Counted from the stretch's first letter, positions 1 through 13,630 are shown. The stretch is 64,000 nucleotides of DNA from Octopus bimaculoides (GCF_001194135.2 NC_068981.1:20335429-20399428), one strand, 5' to 3'. Made by a program: numbers and translations. Notes: generated from the sequence alone by a model not told the origin.

Positions 1-182
1 AACCATGCCAAACAGACTTGGGAGCATGATGTTGTCCTTGGACACATTGGATCCTGTCAGATCATCCAACCCATGCCAGTATGGAACACAGACATGAAAA
101 TGATGATGATGATATATGCATGTACACATACACACGCACATGTATGTATGAGTATACACATACACATATACTATATATTTGT

Positions 183-582
183 ATAGGTGCAGGAGTGGCT
201 GTGTGGTAAGTAGCTTGCTTACCAACCACATGGTTCCAGGTTCAGTCCCACTGCGCGACACCTTGGGCAAGTGTCTTCTACTATAGCCTCGGGCCGACCA
301 AAGCCTTGTGAGTGGATTTGGTAGACGGAAACTGAAAAAAGCCTGTCGTATATGTGTATATGTATGTGTATATGTGTGTTTGTGTGTCTGTGTTTGTCCC
401 CCCAACATCGCTTGACAATCGATGGTGGTGTGTTTACGTCCCCGTAACTTAGCGGTTCGGCAAAAGAGACCAATAGAATAAGTACTAGGCTTACAAAGAA
501 AAAGTCCTGGGGTCGATTTTCTCGACTAAAGGCAGTGCTCCAGCATGGCCGCAGTCAAATGACTGAAACAAGTAAAAGAGTA
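183..582 (+). mobile_element. tRNA-derived SINE, family B
   Basis: A-box TGGCTGTGTGG, B-box-like GGTTCAGTCCC, then ccttgggcaagtgtctt, an internal TA/TG tract and a gactgaaacaagtaaaagag tail; repeated in the window. Confidence 0.85.
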
Positions 583-3249
583 TATGTCAATGTGTAGATG
601 TGTAAAGACAGAAAGGCTAACATACAGAAAGACTGATTGATAAGCATTATTTATATCTTTTAAAACTTAAACTGTGCAAATGCATACAAATACACTCCAA
701 CATGCACATTCAGTAGGACAGCATACCTAATGATTTAGGATCCATTTCCAGGTTTGTCAAAAAGAACAAAAAAAAACAATAACAATCATCACAAGATGTT
801 GTTTTCAATGATTTTATTTGCTTTAATGGTGATTAGAGGATGCGTTTATGTACTCAGTTAGGGACTGCATTAGTAAATGAAGGGAGCTGTGTTTTTGAAA
901 GGACCAAAAGCTGTAATGTTTGCCAGATATTTTAATGCATGAGAATGACTAGATACTGTCATGTTTGTGAGATATGATAAAACATGACAAAAAGTTCATT
1001 AGTTCAGCAGAATATAATCTATGTTATTTGCTGATTAACTGCAGCTCTGGCTTAAATGGCGTTGAGCTTTTAATTAGATTAACATGATGACATGGTTGTA
1101 ATTACTAAAGGACATGGCATTCATTAGTATATCAATGAGATGGATCCGTGTTCATTTGCTGTTCTTTGACATGCAGCTTTAATTTGTAGCTATGTGTTTG
1201 TTGTGAAATCGTTATTTGTCTATTTTCTTATTTGGTTTTTCTCAACCTTTGCTTTATTTCATCATCATTCTCATCACCATCATCATTATCATCATCATCA
1301 TCATCATCGTTATTATTATTATTATTATTACTATTATTATTATAAAAATGTTTGCTGGAAGAATTTTCTCTGCATTATTTTATGGGAGAGGTCAGGTTTA
1401 ATGGCTGCTATACATCTTACAAGATATTTTTTGCTGTGGAGATGACATGCAGCTAATGTAATATTTCATTATCACAAGCGAATATTTATATGCAGAAGAA
1501 AGGACAAGAATAATGAACATAACTTACCTAACTATATTAAAATATAACAATAAGAGATGAAAGTTGACTCGTCTACATTACATTCTAAACAGATTTTTTT
1601 TTTTCCTTTCAGTGAGCTGAATTGTTTTTAATTCAGTTCTCTGGTCAATAAAAAATACTGCAATAACTAGACATTATGACTTTTGTGACTCCATTGCATT
1701 TAGTTTAAATTACATTAATATAAATATATATATATACCCATGCCAGCATGGAAAGCAGACGTTAAAAGTTGATATATATATATAAGTCCAGACATGACTA
1801 CATGGTTAAGAAGTTTACCTCACAACCACATGATTTCTAGTTCAGACCCCCTACACAACATCTTGAATAAGTGTCTTTTACAGTAGGCTGAGGCAAAACA
1901 ATGTCTTAAAGCAAATTTGGTCAATGGAAACCATATGAATACCTTTGTATGTGTGTATATGTGTGTGTGTATTGTTTTGTTTCATTAGTCTTACATCTGC
2001 TTTTTTCATGTTGGCATGAGTTGGGTAAGATTTGTTGAGGCAGGATTTTATGGCTAGATTCTCTTCTTGTTTTCAAATAATGCTATTCCCCTGGTGTTTT
2101 AAACCACAGCCTTTGTTCAATACCTAGACATAATTTTAACTGCAGATTTAAATAGCGACACTGCCACTTTTATGCAGCTCATGTGAAGATATAACTGGGA
2201 AGATGTACATATTTATGTGTGTGTGTGTGTGTGTGGAGAGAGAGGGAGAGAAATATACCTATGTGCATACACACACATGCGACTGAGTTCCTATACAGTT
2301 TCCAACTATCAAATTTCACTCGCAACGTATTGGTCAACATTGTGACTATGGCAGAATTTTGCCCCAAGATGGTGTATAAGGAAATTCAATTCTTGAACCA
2401 TGTGGCTGCACAGGGAACTTTTGAACCATACAGCCATACCTGTTGAACATTACAGGAAGCTGAGGATGAAAACATGTTGAGATGTAGGGGAAGTAAGATA
2501 CAAGATATATCAGGTGATATATGTATGTAATGTAGTGTGTGTGTATGTGTGTGTGTGCACATGTGCATGCATGCACACTCACTGAGATAGGTTCCAGTAA
2601 GAAATCTGTCTTAATTAACAGGGGTAAAGGTTGTGTATGTGTCGGTATATGTCAGTAAATCAGTGATAAGGGTTTCAGTCCCATCACTGTCAGACAATTT
2701 CATACATTTTACAGTAAACACAATCATTGTACACATTTTATACCATTTAACATGATGCATATTGCTAAAACAGACATACACACACTTCAGATTATATGAC
2801 AAGACACATTACTGATACAATTTACATCACTACAAACACAGCAATTACACATACACACAGAGACATCTCATGCATACATTATATCACATAACAATACTGG
2901 AATTACACATATATATATCAAATAACCACGTATACACATCACACATTCACATATAAACACTTTACATCACTCTCGGGGTGGTAATTACACACACACACAC
3001 TTACACTTACATACCCACATATAATCGTACATACACACACACACATGAAAGTTATTACTTAGGTACATATGCATTTAACATCACATCAAAAAATAGCATT
3101 TGTACTCAAGCACTTTTACATCATACCTGCAAACAACACATATGTACATGTACATATACGCACATACACTCAATTACATCACAAAATGACCACAAAACAT
3201 TTGCACTCGCTTTACATCTTATAAAAAAAATCATTGCCTATACACACAG

Positions 3250-3288
<39 letters not shown>

Positions 3289-3643
3289 CCTTTAGTGAAC
3301 TATTACACACATATACACCCCCACGCACAATTACTTTACATACTCCTCTAGATCACAAACGAGACTGCTAGTGTATACTTCTGATATCTTTCCATTGAAA
3401 TTGCAAGTCATAATCTAATATTATTGGTGCCATTCTATTAGAATTTTTGCCCCTTCAAGTGTAGTTCTAGATATGCAGTGCCCAAGAGAAGGATGGGTTT
3501 TAATAGTTATGATTGGAAAGCATTGATCAATCATCTACTGGGGCAGACTGACCTGTGTGTTAAACAATAATAGGATTAAAAACTGAAAGCAAAATTATCT
3601 TCTCAAAATTATTAGAGTTCATTCTCTTCATTATAATAAGTGT

Positions 3644-3854
3644 AAGGTGGTGAGCTGGCAGAATCGTTAGCACACTGCGCAAAATGCTGAGTAGCATTTT
3701 GTCTGTCTTTACATTCTGAGTTCAAATTCTGCTGAGGTTGACTTTGTCTTTCATCCTTCCTGGGTCGATAAAATAAGTACCAGTTGAGTACTGAGGTCAA
3801 TGTAATTGACTTGCCCCTTCCCCAGAATTGTTGGCCTTGTGCCAAAATTTGAAA
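3644..3854 (+). mobile_element. Short tRNA-derived SINE, family C
   Basis: A-box TGGCAGAATCG, B-box GAGTTCAAATTC, core ctttcatcctt..gggtcgataaaataagtaccagt, end ggccttgtgccaaaatttgaaa. Related copies or fragments near 7.4, 12.25, 21.35, 38.8, 45.75 and 47.7 kb. Confidence 0.8.
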
Positions 3855-4439
3855 TCCTTATTATAATAGATGTAATTTGTGCTTTTAAATAGGTTCTCTT
3901 GATTACTCTTTTGCCTTTTTTTCTTACGTCTGATGTCTGATTTTATTCAACAAGTAAATCTTTGGTTCACCAAAACCTTGTGAGGGAAATTTGGTTGACA
4001 GAAACTGTGTGGAATCCTCCTGCTATCACCACTTGGACCTTGGTTGCCTTTAGTGGAGTCCACTTTGTTGTAACTATTTGAATCATGTCCCTGGTCAAAG
4101 GATAACTTCTTCTATCAGTCACAAAAGCTTGAAAAGAGTCATAGGTACTTCTCTCTTTGTCTATGCTAATACATGTACGTGTGTGTGCTTCATATTTACC
4201 TTTCAACAGCAATTTGACCATGCTAAACTATAACTTTTCACAAATCATATCAATAAAGTTATATCTAAGTCTGTAAGTAACTTCACCTAAGATCAGATAT
4301 GATCTATCAATGAGCTACTCATAAGGCCTTGGTTGGCCCAAAGACTACATAGCAGAAGCTATTTGCCCTATGTGCCATGCAGTGACATTGAACCCAACAT
4401 AGTATGGTTGGGAAGCAAATTCCTTAACAATGCAGTTAT

Positions 4440-4965
4440 AACTGCACCTACACACACACATGGCCTGATGTAGAATCTTGTGTGATTGCTTAATATGCTA
4501 GAAATAGCAGCCAGATCTCCAAATCATATGATGCTGTCTTAAAAAAAAAGGAAGGACACTTTGCACAGCTTAGTTCTAGATTATACTATGCTTGAAAATA
4601 AGCTTGGATGATAACAGCTGGAATATGTTTGTTCGTATATCAAGTGGATAAGGCCTAATCTGCAGCTAAACAAAAATAACAAGGAAGAGAGCACATTAGA
4701 TAATATAATTCTAAATACATCGTTTGAATAAAAGATGAGATATTTTCAGCTGAAACACCTTTGATCATGCGACTGTTGGATTGGGACTGACCGGAGGTCA
4801 AGCAACAGCAATAACAACAACAGCAAGAAGAAAGCTCACATTAACTAACCTCGTCCTATACACATTACAACTGAATAAAAGAATGGATGGTTGTGGTTGG
4901 AATAACTCTGACAATAGGTTTGCTGAATGGGCGACTGATTTGGAGCTGAATAAAAACAACAGGAG
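4440..4965 (+). repeat. Cluster of AAC-tailed interspersed repeat fragments (family D)
   Basis: Recurring motif tgaataaaagatgggatggtca..gctggaatg(c/t)ctttgatca..gactgacc..aacaacaac. Also near 5450-5540, 7720-7880, 12700-12790, 14470-14630, 18530-18690 and 35580-35780. Confidence 0.6.
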
Positions 4966-5005
4966 CAAAAGTCACATTTGTATATGATGTTATTATAGTA
5001 TATAG

Positions 5006-5426
5006 TAGAGGCGCAATGGCCCAGTGGTTAGGGCAGCGGACTCACGGTCATAGGATCGTGGTTTCGATTCCCAGACCGGGCATTGTGAGTGTTTATTGAG
5101 CGAAAACACCTAAAGCTCCATGAGGCTCCAGCAGGGGGATGGTGGCGAACCCTGCTGTACTCTTTCACCACAACTTTCTCTCACTCTTACTTCCTGTTTC
5201 TGTTGTGCCTGTAATTCAAAGGGTCAGCCTTGTTACACTGTGTCACACTGTGTCACACTGTGTCACACTGTGTCACACTGAATATCCCCGAGAACTACGT
5301 TAAGGGTACACGTGTCTGTGGAGTGCTCAGCCACTTGCACGTTAATTTCACAAGCAGGCTGTTCCGTTGATCGGATCAACTGGAACCCTCTACGTCGTAA
5401 GCGACGGAGTGCCAACAACAACAACA
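5006..5426 (+). mobile_element. tRNA-derived SINE, family A, full length
   Basis: A-box TGGCCCAGTGG, B-box-like GGTTTCGATTCCC, (AAC)n tail; 12-bp TSD tatagtatatag at 4994-5005 and 5427-5438; close to copies at 20.9 and 25.6 kb. Confidence 0.9.
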
Positions 5427-5769
5427 TATAGTATATAGAAGGAGCTATGTCTGAATAAAAGATGGGATGGTCACAGTTGGAATGTCTTTGATCAGAGCTC
5501 TAATGGATCTGTGTTGAGACCTGTGGTTAAACAACTACAACAACACCTACTACTACTACAACAAATGTGTTAAGCACTCAGCCACTGTTATATTACAATG
5601 TTGAATGAAATCCCAGAATACCATTATGTGGTGCCATACTCTTTGATTTCCATTACAAGGTAAACAATTGAGATTTCCTCATCACGAAAGCAGGTTCTCT
5701 GGAATTAATTCTAAAACACTTTCGCTTTTACTTCTCACTTGTTTGCAGCTAGAATTGTTATATTGCAAA

Positions 5770-6530
5770 ATGGGTGTGTCTTTGTGTGTGTACATGTGTC
5801 TGTGGGCAGTTTTGTGGTTATGTGTATTATGTGGTTGTGCATTGATTTATGTATGTGTGTGATTCTGAGCTTGTGTAGTGTGTTCTTGTGAAGGGGGGTT
5901 GTGCATGTGTGTGTGTATGGTTGTGTGCACACATTTATGTAATTGTATGTGTAACTGTTTATGTGCATGTGTGTACATGCGTGTAATTGAATGCGTATGT
6001 AGTTGTGTATTTAGTAAGGTGTGTATAGAGAGTTGAGTGTGTATGTGGTAATGTATGTGTGCCTTTGTTTGATTGTGCATATTTGAGTTGTGTGTGTGTG
6101 TTTGTGTGTAGTAGTTGCGTGTGCATGTGTTTATATGTGAGGGGGTTGTATGTATGTGATTGTGTGTGATTGCATGTGTGTGTGAGTGTGTATGGTTGTG
6201 TTTCTGTGTATGTGATTATGCATATGTAGTTCTGTGTATGTGTGAGCAGGTTTTTTTTAGTGTTTATGTATCTGTGCTTTCTGTCAGTGTTCATGTGTAT
6301 TTCATTGTTTTGTCTATGTTCATGTGTGTGTGAATGTCTCTATGCTCTGTTCGTGTTCATATGTATGTTCTGTTGGTGCTCTTATGTGTGTGTGTGTTTA
6401 TGTGTCTTGCTAATTCTCATATGCATATGCGTTCTTGAATGTAAGTCTGTATGTGTGTATGTCTACGTGCTCTGTAAGTGTTCATATTGTATGTGTATTC
6501 TGTCAGTGTTCATGTATGTGTGTCACAATA
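5770..6530. repeat. GT-rich low-complexity tract
   Basis: Degenerate (TG)n/(TATG)n; produces spurious His/Thr- and Val/Cys-rich ORFs. Confidence 0.85.
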
Positions 6531-7404
6531 AAATCTATGAATACCATTAGTTTCAGTGAAGAGATTTGTTAAGTTCCCATCACCAATAAAATCTCCAAGA
6601 ATGCAGCCATTCAGTTGTATTTTTACTGTATTATCTCATTTATAATCCACAAATTGTTCAACGTATCCCATATCTACAGTTACATTTTGTGACTATAGCA
6701 GACAATTCCATGGCATCATCTGAGCACATCTCAACATGTTTTATTAATTTTTCGGAATTTTTTTCCATCTAATTTGACTACAAACGAAGGAGAAAAAAAT
6801 TGAATTAAACAAAAGACGAAAAAAAAGAATAACAATAGTCACAACATCAATATAAAGTCAGGAGATTATTTGTTGGTCCCAGAATGTTTTATCAAATTCA
6901 TGATTCATGGGGTATAATAAGATCAGTGTTTAGCATCACTAAACATTCAACCAAGCGCAGTAGTTACATCTTCAAGTAAATAGTCCTATCTTTGTAGCAA
7001 TCTATATAAAACTATACAGTCATCATTTATTTATCATACACACCACTACACCTAGACCAACAATATGGACAAATGCCAACATTGTCTACAAGAACTTTTG
7101 TTTTTTTTATTATATTTCCCCCTTCACTAAAAAGAAATAATGACTTCAATAAGTGCCCTCTTCTTAAACATACACACATATGCACACCCAACAACTGATC
7201 CTTGTAAAATAAACACTTAACATACTCAAGGTAGCTAATAATGATTTGTTTGCAAGACTAGAGACTAATACAGTATTCTCACAGTAATAGTTTAGGAAAG
7301 TATGCTCTCAGTTAAGCCTGAAATACCATGGTTTGCATACTGGTCAATTCTTAGGTTTCCTACCGTAAACAGTTATCAACAGAGCTTACATCATCACCAA
7401 TAAT

Positions 7405-7599
7405 AAGGCATCAAGATGGCATAAATGTAAGCAGCATTTCTGGCTCTTTGCATTCTGAGTTCAAACTCCACCAAAGTCAGCATTACCTTTTATCCTTTCA
7501 GGAATGAAGAAATAAGTACCATTCAAGCACTGGGGTCAATGTAATCAACTTAGCCAATCCTCCTAAGACTGTGGGCGTGTGCCAACATTTGAAATCATT
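7405..7599 (+). mobile_element. SINE family C with TSD
   Basis: Diverged family C copy flanked by exact 17-bp repeat atcatcaccaataataa at 7390-7406 and 7600-7616. Confidence 0.75.
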
Positions 7600-10226
7600 A
7601 TCATCACCAATAATAACAGTGATGATCTGATTTGAAGCCATCAAAGTAATACCAAAATCATAAAACTGTGTTTGGATGATCTAACACATTCTAAAATATT
7701 CATTAGCAATATTTGCTCCATCTGCTAGAAATAGCTGTCGGATCTTTCTCAAGTCTAAAGAAAGGAAGATCACCTTAGATAATGTAGTCCTGTATCTAAA
7801 GTAAAAACAAATGATATACTAATGGCTGGAACTTCTTTGATTCTATGACTGTTCAATCAGGACTGACCTGGTCAAAACACCATCATTCAGTAATACTTAG
7901 TTCTTGTTTGACTTTGAGGACCTGTTTTGAAGCATATGACACATGATGTGCCATAATTACCAGCACTTTAATAACACTTAGAACAGTTCTAATGCCTCTT
8001 AATAGCAATTATTGGCCAAACATCTAAAGAAATCTAAACTTTAGATATAAGCTATTTAACAATCTCATAATGACTGTGACTTTTGAAGTTTTCACTTCAT
8101 TACGATTTCCAATCATTTCTTTATCATGATTCTCAATCATTTTTCACTCAAAATAAATAATGAAGCTTAATTGTGAGATTGGTTTTATTGCAATGATACC
8201 TAAGAAAATAGCATTTAAGCTTTTATAATTGCAAATTTTGAGGTCAAATTAGACTCAATAATAAAATAAAGACAGCAGAGTTGTCATTAACATATGAGAA
8301 ATATATTTTTGATCCTTTATCTGACTACCTTAACTTCTTAAAATGATTTTTAATGGTTTTGCCTCCTTTGTTCCATAATATTATAGATTGTATAGATCTT
8401 CTGACTGAGATAGTTGTTTGAATTTTTAGACCAAGAGTATTTTCACAATTCACTGCTTTTTCTAACATTAATCATTCAACTGTGTAGATGATGTATTGCC
8501 TATTTTCAGCTAAGTAAAATAGGCAAATAATGTACTGTGCTTTCAAGCCTAAATTTCCTTTTGTGTCTGTATATGCACGTGTGTGTATATTCCTGTGATA
8601 GAAGAAAACTATATAGCCTCCAACTATAGCTAAACCTATTTTCTCATTGCTTAATACGGTACATTGAGGCTGCAAAGTTTTTCTTTTAGATTCTTTATAC
8701 ATATTCCTCTTTGAGTTCATCGCTGATATTTCCTCAAATAGTTATTTGATGGGCTTCATATTTTGTAGGAATTTTTTTTTTTTTATCTCTTTCTATATAT
8801 GGAAACCTTTACCATATACAGAATCTTAACAATATTTCTGAAGAACTCATGGTTGCATGGTTAAGATGATCTCTTCGCGTTTATGGAGTTCCAGGTTTGA
8901 TACCACGGCATGGAACCTTGGAAAAGTATCTTCTACCAGCGCTTTGAGTTGATCAATGCTTTGCAAGTATAATTTCATGAATAGAACCTCTGCGTATGTG
9001 TGTGTGTAAATATATGTACATACATGCACACACACAAAACATGAGTTTCTGTATGTATGTATATATGTGTGTGTGTCTGTGTATTTCTCACCAAAATATA
9101 TTGAAGGAAGATGTGAATATCACCGAGAAAAATCAATAAGCCGGTACTTTTAGACGTAAATAACTTACAGTATTTGTTCTGCCCGAGTTGCACAAGTTCT
9201 CCATTATCATACACACCATCAAAACTGCAGTGAACCAGTGACTGGTTCACTGGAAACCTGTAACCAGTGACACTATTGTTCACAAAATGAACAGCAGCAT
9301 CATTGAGAATTACAGTAAAGGTTATACCTCACTACTGTGTTGAAGCTGACATATACAGAAAAATATTCATGAAGTAAAAGGAACACATATAGGCAATTAT
9401 TTGACCCTTCTGTTCATCTCAGTCTTAACTGAAGATAACAATTATCTCTACCATTTAACAAAGGGTCACTGTTCTTAATAGGTTTTCCGGTAAATCACAA
9501 GTATATCATTCTTGTTGGTAGATACTAGGGTTGGCTCAAAAGATATAAAATTCAAATGAAAAGGAACTGAAAAGATAAAAAAGAAATATACAAAAATTAT
9601 CCTTGTAGATAACCATTTTAGACCCTCAAGTTTATATTGTACCTAAGTCCACACACACTGTATATATGCATATATGCACACTATCTGTTCTTATATTTGT
9701 CTTCATTAAATGGTTATTATATATGCACAAACACACACATATAACAAATATTCATGTGTTCGTGTGTGTGTGTGTGTTACTGTCTCCTTGTCTTGATATT
9801 GCCTGATAGTTGTAAACTAGTGTCACTGTCATACAAGCAGTGCCATCTATGAAACCATGTCTGATCATGGGAAGGTATTATCTTACTTGGAAACAAGGGT
9901 TGATGACAGGAAGGGCTTCAGCTGTAGCAAAATCCACTTTAATAAATTTCATCTGACCCATGTGAACATGGGAAAGTGGACGGTAAAACAGTGATGATGA
10001 TATCTTTTGTCTTTTACTTGTTTCAGTCTTTGGACTGAGGCCATACTGGGGCACCACCTTGAAGGGTTTCAGATGAATGAATCAACCTCCAGTACTTATA
10101 TTTTTTAAAGCCTTGTACTTATTCTCTTGGTCACTTATGCTGACCTGCTAAGTTACAGGAAAATGTAAACAAACAAACGTAGTGATAGGAGAGCAACACA
10201 AGGATACACATGTGTGTGTATGTATA

Positions 10227-10626
10227 TACTCTTTTACTTGTTTCAGTCATTTGACTGCGGCCATGCTGGAGCACCACCTTTAGTCGAGCAAATCGATCCC
10301 AGGACTTATTCTTTGGATGCCTAGTACTTATTCTATCGGTCTCTTTTGCTGAACCGCTAAGTTACGGGGACGTAAACACACCAGCATCGGTTGTCAAGTG
10401 ATGTTAGGGGGACACAAACACAAACATATACACAGACATATATATATATACACATATATACGACGGGCTTCTTTCAGTTTCCGTCTACCAAATCCACTTA
10501 CAAGGCTTTGGTCGGCCCGAGGCTATAGCAGAAGACACTTGCCCAAGGTGTCACGCAGTGGGACTGAACCCAGAACTATGTGGTTGGTAAGTAAGCTACT
10601 TACCACACAGCCACTCCTGCACCTAT
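10227..10626 (-). mobile_element. tRNA-derived SINE, family B
   Basis: Reverse complement aligns along its length with 183-582. Confidence 0.85.
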
Positions 10627-10759
10627 GTGTATATATGTGTGTGTATATATATATATATATAATGCAATGTTTAGTATGTATGTGTATGTATGTATGCATG
10701 TATGTATGTGTGTATGTATATATGTATATATATATATAATGTACTTTTAGAAAGTTAAC

Positions 10760-11840
10760 TGTCTAAAAGGCATCTCAACGCTTCTAAAAGCAAACTTCGT
10801 TTGTTTATTTACGTTTGTCGTAATTTGAATTTAACATATAATGTACTGTTCAGTAATAGAAAATTCAACAAAAAAAGTTCTCCATCTGGTGAGAGATAAA
10901 TATTATTTATTTAAAAGGTACAATACATGTCTTTAAGCGCTACTAATAGTTTCATATATTGAGAAATATCACAAACATATTCATCAGGTACAAACCACAT
11001 ATCATAACGAGCTAAAAAAATTTAATAAGAGAAGAAATGCAAAAAAAAAAAACTGAGAAGGTAGCATATAGAAAACGCAGATGATTAAAAAATGGAAAAC
11101 AAAAACACAAAAGCTAAAATGTAAAAAGTAAGCGATAAAAGAATTATCCTCTTTAGACCTTAAATTATAAGGTTGGAGAGATATCAACAAGTTAATCAGG
11201 AATAGGCAGAATTTTACAATTCTTCAAAATATATTTATACATATGTTTGCAGCTGCTAAAAATTTCAGACCTAGATTTCAGTAGAGAGTTAAGGATCTTA
11301 GATCTGAACAGGATCTGTGCTCTTTCAGCTAAACAAAGCCTACATTTATATGATCCATTAATATAAGGTATGGATTTCTCAATTATTTTCCACTTAATCA
11401 CATGTGGGTGTTTTGTTATCTTTCAAACTCTATATGTAGCTAGTCAACTTAGTAGCTTTGCTTTTGTCCTTATGTCGGAAGGAGGCTATGCGATTGGCAC
11501 AGTGATTTTTAAATTCTCCTTCACATAATTCAATATAGGGCTTCTTATCTATTGTATTATTATTTAGGGTTGCAGTAACTTCTGTCTCATATATGATAGA
11601 TTTAATCATACCTCGTTGGTCAAGTGGACAGAATCCTGAGTTGCGACAGTTACAACTGAATTTAGGCTCTTGGTATTGACTACATGTAATGATACTCTTC
11701 GTATTGTGGCAACAACTATGTGATAATTTCACAGAACGCCTATTAAATATTTTCCTGTATTTGTGAGTTGCTGGAAAGGAGTTGTTTGTCTAGGAGACAC
11801 AGGAATATTAAGGGAAAAGGGAAGAGCAAACCAAATTATC
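10760..11840 (-). mobile_element. Penelope-like element 3' fragment: degenerate GIY-YIG endonuclease plus 3' region
   Basis: IIWF..PFSLN...HKYRKIFNRRSVKLSHSC, then ORF 11430..11732 (CNCRNSGFCPLD...IIYETEV...YIELCEGEFK...SFRHKDKSKATKLTSYI) and ORF 11192..11401 (IKWKIIEK...CRLCLAE...SEIFSSCKH). This is the PLE C-terminal signature, with stops and frameshifts. The downstream boundary is approximate. Confidence 0.88.
10935..10995 (-). ncRNA. Putative (possibly degenerate) type I hammerhead ribozyme in the Penelope 3' region
   Basis: Minus strand reads gtttgtac-CTGATGA-atatgtt(tgtgatatttctc)aatatat-GAA-acta(t)tagt-A-gcgctt: both core boxes, a 7-bp stem II, a 4-bp near-palindromic stem III and a GUA cleavage triplet. 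Stem I is imperfect. Confidence 0.6.
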
Positions 11841-11891
11841 TTTGAAGCTACTATTATATATAATATATAGTTGTACGTGTGTGTGTGTGTA

Positions 11892-11932
<41 letters not shown>

Positions 11933-12244
11933 TTATTAAAGCTGCAAAATCATCACAAGGCTATTACTCAGAGTTTCATGTTCCTGTTCGTCAGACAGTT
12001 GTGATGAAAACTATATATATATATGTGTGTGTGTGAGTATAAACATTTATATATAAATACACATGTGTATGCACATGCACACACACACACACACTCACAC
12101 ACTCACACACACAACACACACACACACACACACACACAAATTATGTAAAATACTATTAACTAACAGAAAATAGAGTTTATATCTTTGTTCAGTAAGTACC
12201 AAGCTGGTAAATATATTTGCACCTTATTATTACTGTCACCATCT

Positions 12245-12432
12245 AAGGCAGCGAGATGGCAGAATCGTTAGCACATCAGGTAAAATGCTTAGTAACAATT
12301 CAAATTCTGCCAAGATAAACTTTGCCTTTCATTCTTTTGGGATCAATAAAATAAACACCAGTTGAACACTGGGATTTATGTGATCAGCTTACTTTCCCCT
12401 AAAATTACTGGCCTTGTGCCAAAGTTTGAAAC
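12245..12432 (+). mobile_element. SINE family C
   Basis: Matches 3644-3854 (tggcagaatcgttagcac...ggccttgtgccaaagtttgaaa). Confidence 0.75.
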
Positions 12433-13630
12433 CATTATTATTATCATCATTTTCATCATTACTGCCATCAGTATTATCACCAATCTTTATTATAACTGAT
12501 TTAGTCTTTGTTGTTATGTTCCATATCTTTTCTCCTCACATTCAGCAATACCATTCCACATCACTCCTATGTTATTATTATTATCATTCTTTTACTATGT
12601 TGAATTAAACCGATTTCCAGCTGACATTGTAATTCTTTTAAACTCTATTCTCTTATTTGATTCTACCACCAGTAAATTATGGCTCCTATAAAATAATAAA
12701 TATATAAGTAAAAATAAGGTGGGATGGTCTCAGTTGGAATACTTTTGATTCATAGGTTTGCTGAATCAAAGCTAACCTTGGGTTCATTTTGTTCATTTTA
12801 TGAAGCTTATCATAAAGTAAATTCCATGAATCTCTTCTCATGCTTGTGGAAGCCTATTTCTATGAGAATGAAGTCCACTTCTCTTTGCACTGATCATTAC
12901 TGTTCATTATATGAATTTACAAAATAGACCACTGTTAGCAGTTTTGGCCATTTAAAGTTCAATTATGTAAGCTGTGCATCATTAACTGATTTGACAAAAA
13001 TACACCCACTTACAGCAATGAGGCTATTTGTTGTGTTGTTTTAAAACATAAACACCTGGTGAGCTGTTGTTAAGAGATAAACAAATACTAGACATTTTTG
13101 TGAATTCCATCAGAGAATTCTCAGAGGACACGTAGTGTGTATACTCCTCTTTTTTCTTTTTTTTTTTTTCATGACCCTGCAGCAAGAATCATTGATTGAG
13201 TAACATTTAAGCTCTTCCTTACACAAGACCACTTGCTGCCAACTATAACTAAACCAGCCTCCATTGCTTAATACAATGATATTGAAGGAGAGAGATCTTC
13301 ATTCAAATTCTTCATACTTATTCATCTTATTCTTCTAGTTCATTACTGCTATTTTCTCAAATCTGCTACAGTCTGTGTGTGTGTGTGTGCACGTGTATGC
13401 ATGCACATGTGAATGTGTACCTGTATGTGTACAGATATCTGTTTCTGTATCAGTCTGTTGTTTTTGTTTGTGTGTGTACATATTTGTAGGTGTACGTATG
13501 TTTGTATGTGTATATGTGTGTGTGTGACATTTTGTTGTCCAATCTCAGTGCATCTGTGTGTGTGTGGCTGAATAAATGTACGTGTGTGTGTGTGTATGAG
13601 TGTGTATGTGTGTGTTTGTCTCTATGTTGG

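Noticed and set aside
5006-5090. tRNA-like heads with A/B boxes (also near 190, 3650, 20895, 25615)
   Set aside because: They continue into SINE bodies with tails and TSDs and lack a complete cloverleaf; not tRNA genes.
2330-6750. Short matches between 2.3-2.5 kb and 6.7 kb (tctgc.atagtcacaa; catctcaacatgtttt), and protein-like minus-strand frames at 6540-6740
   Set aside because: The matches are about 16 nt, in inconsistent orientations and do not extend; the frames have stops and no clean splice sites.
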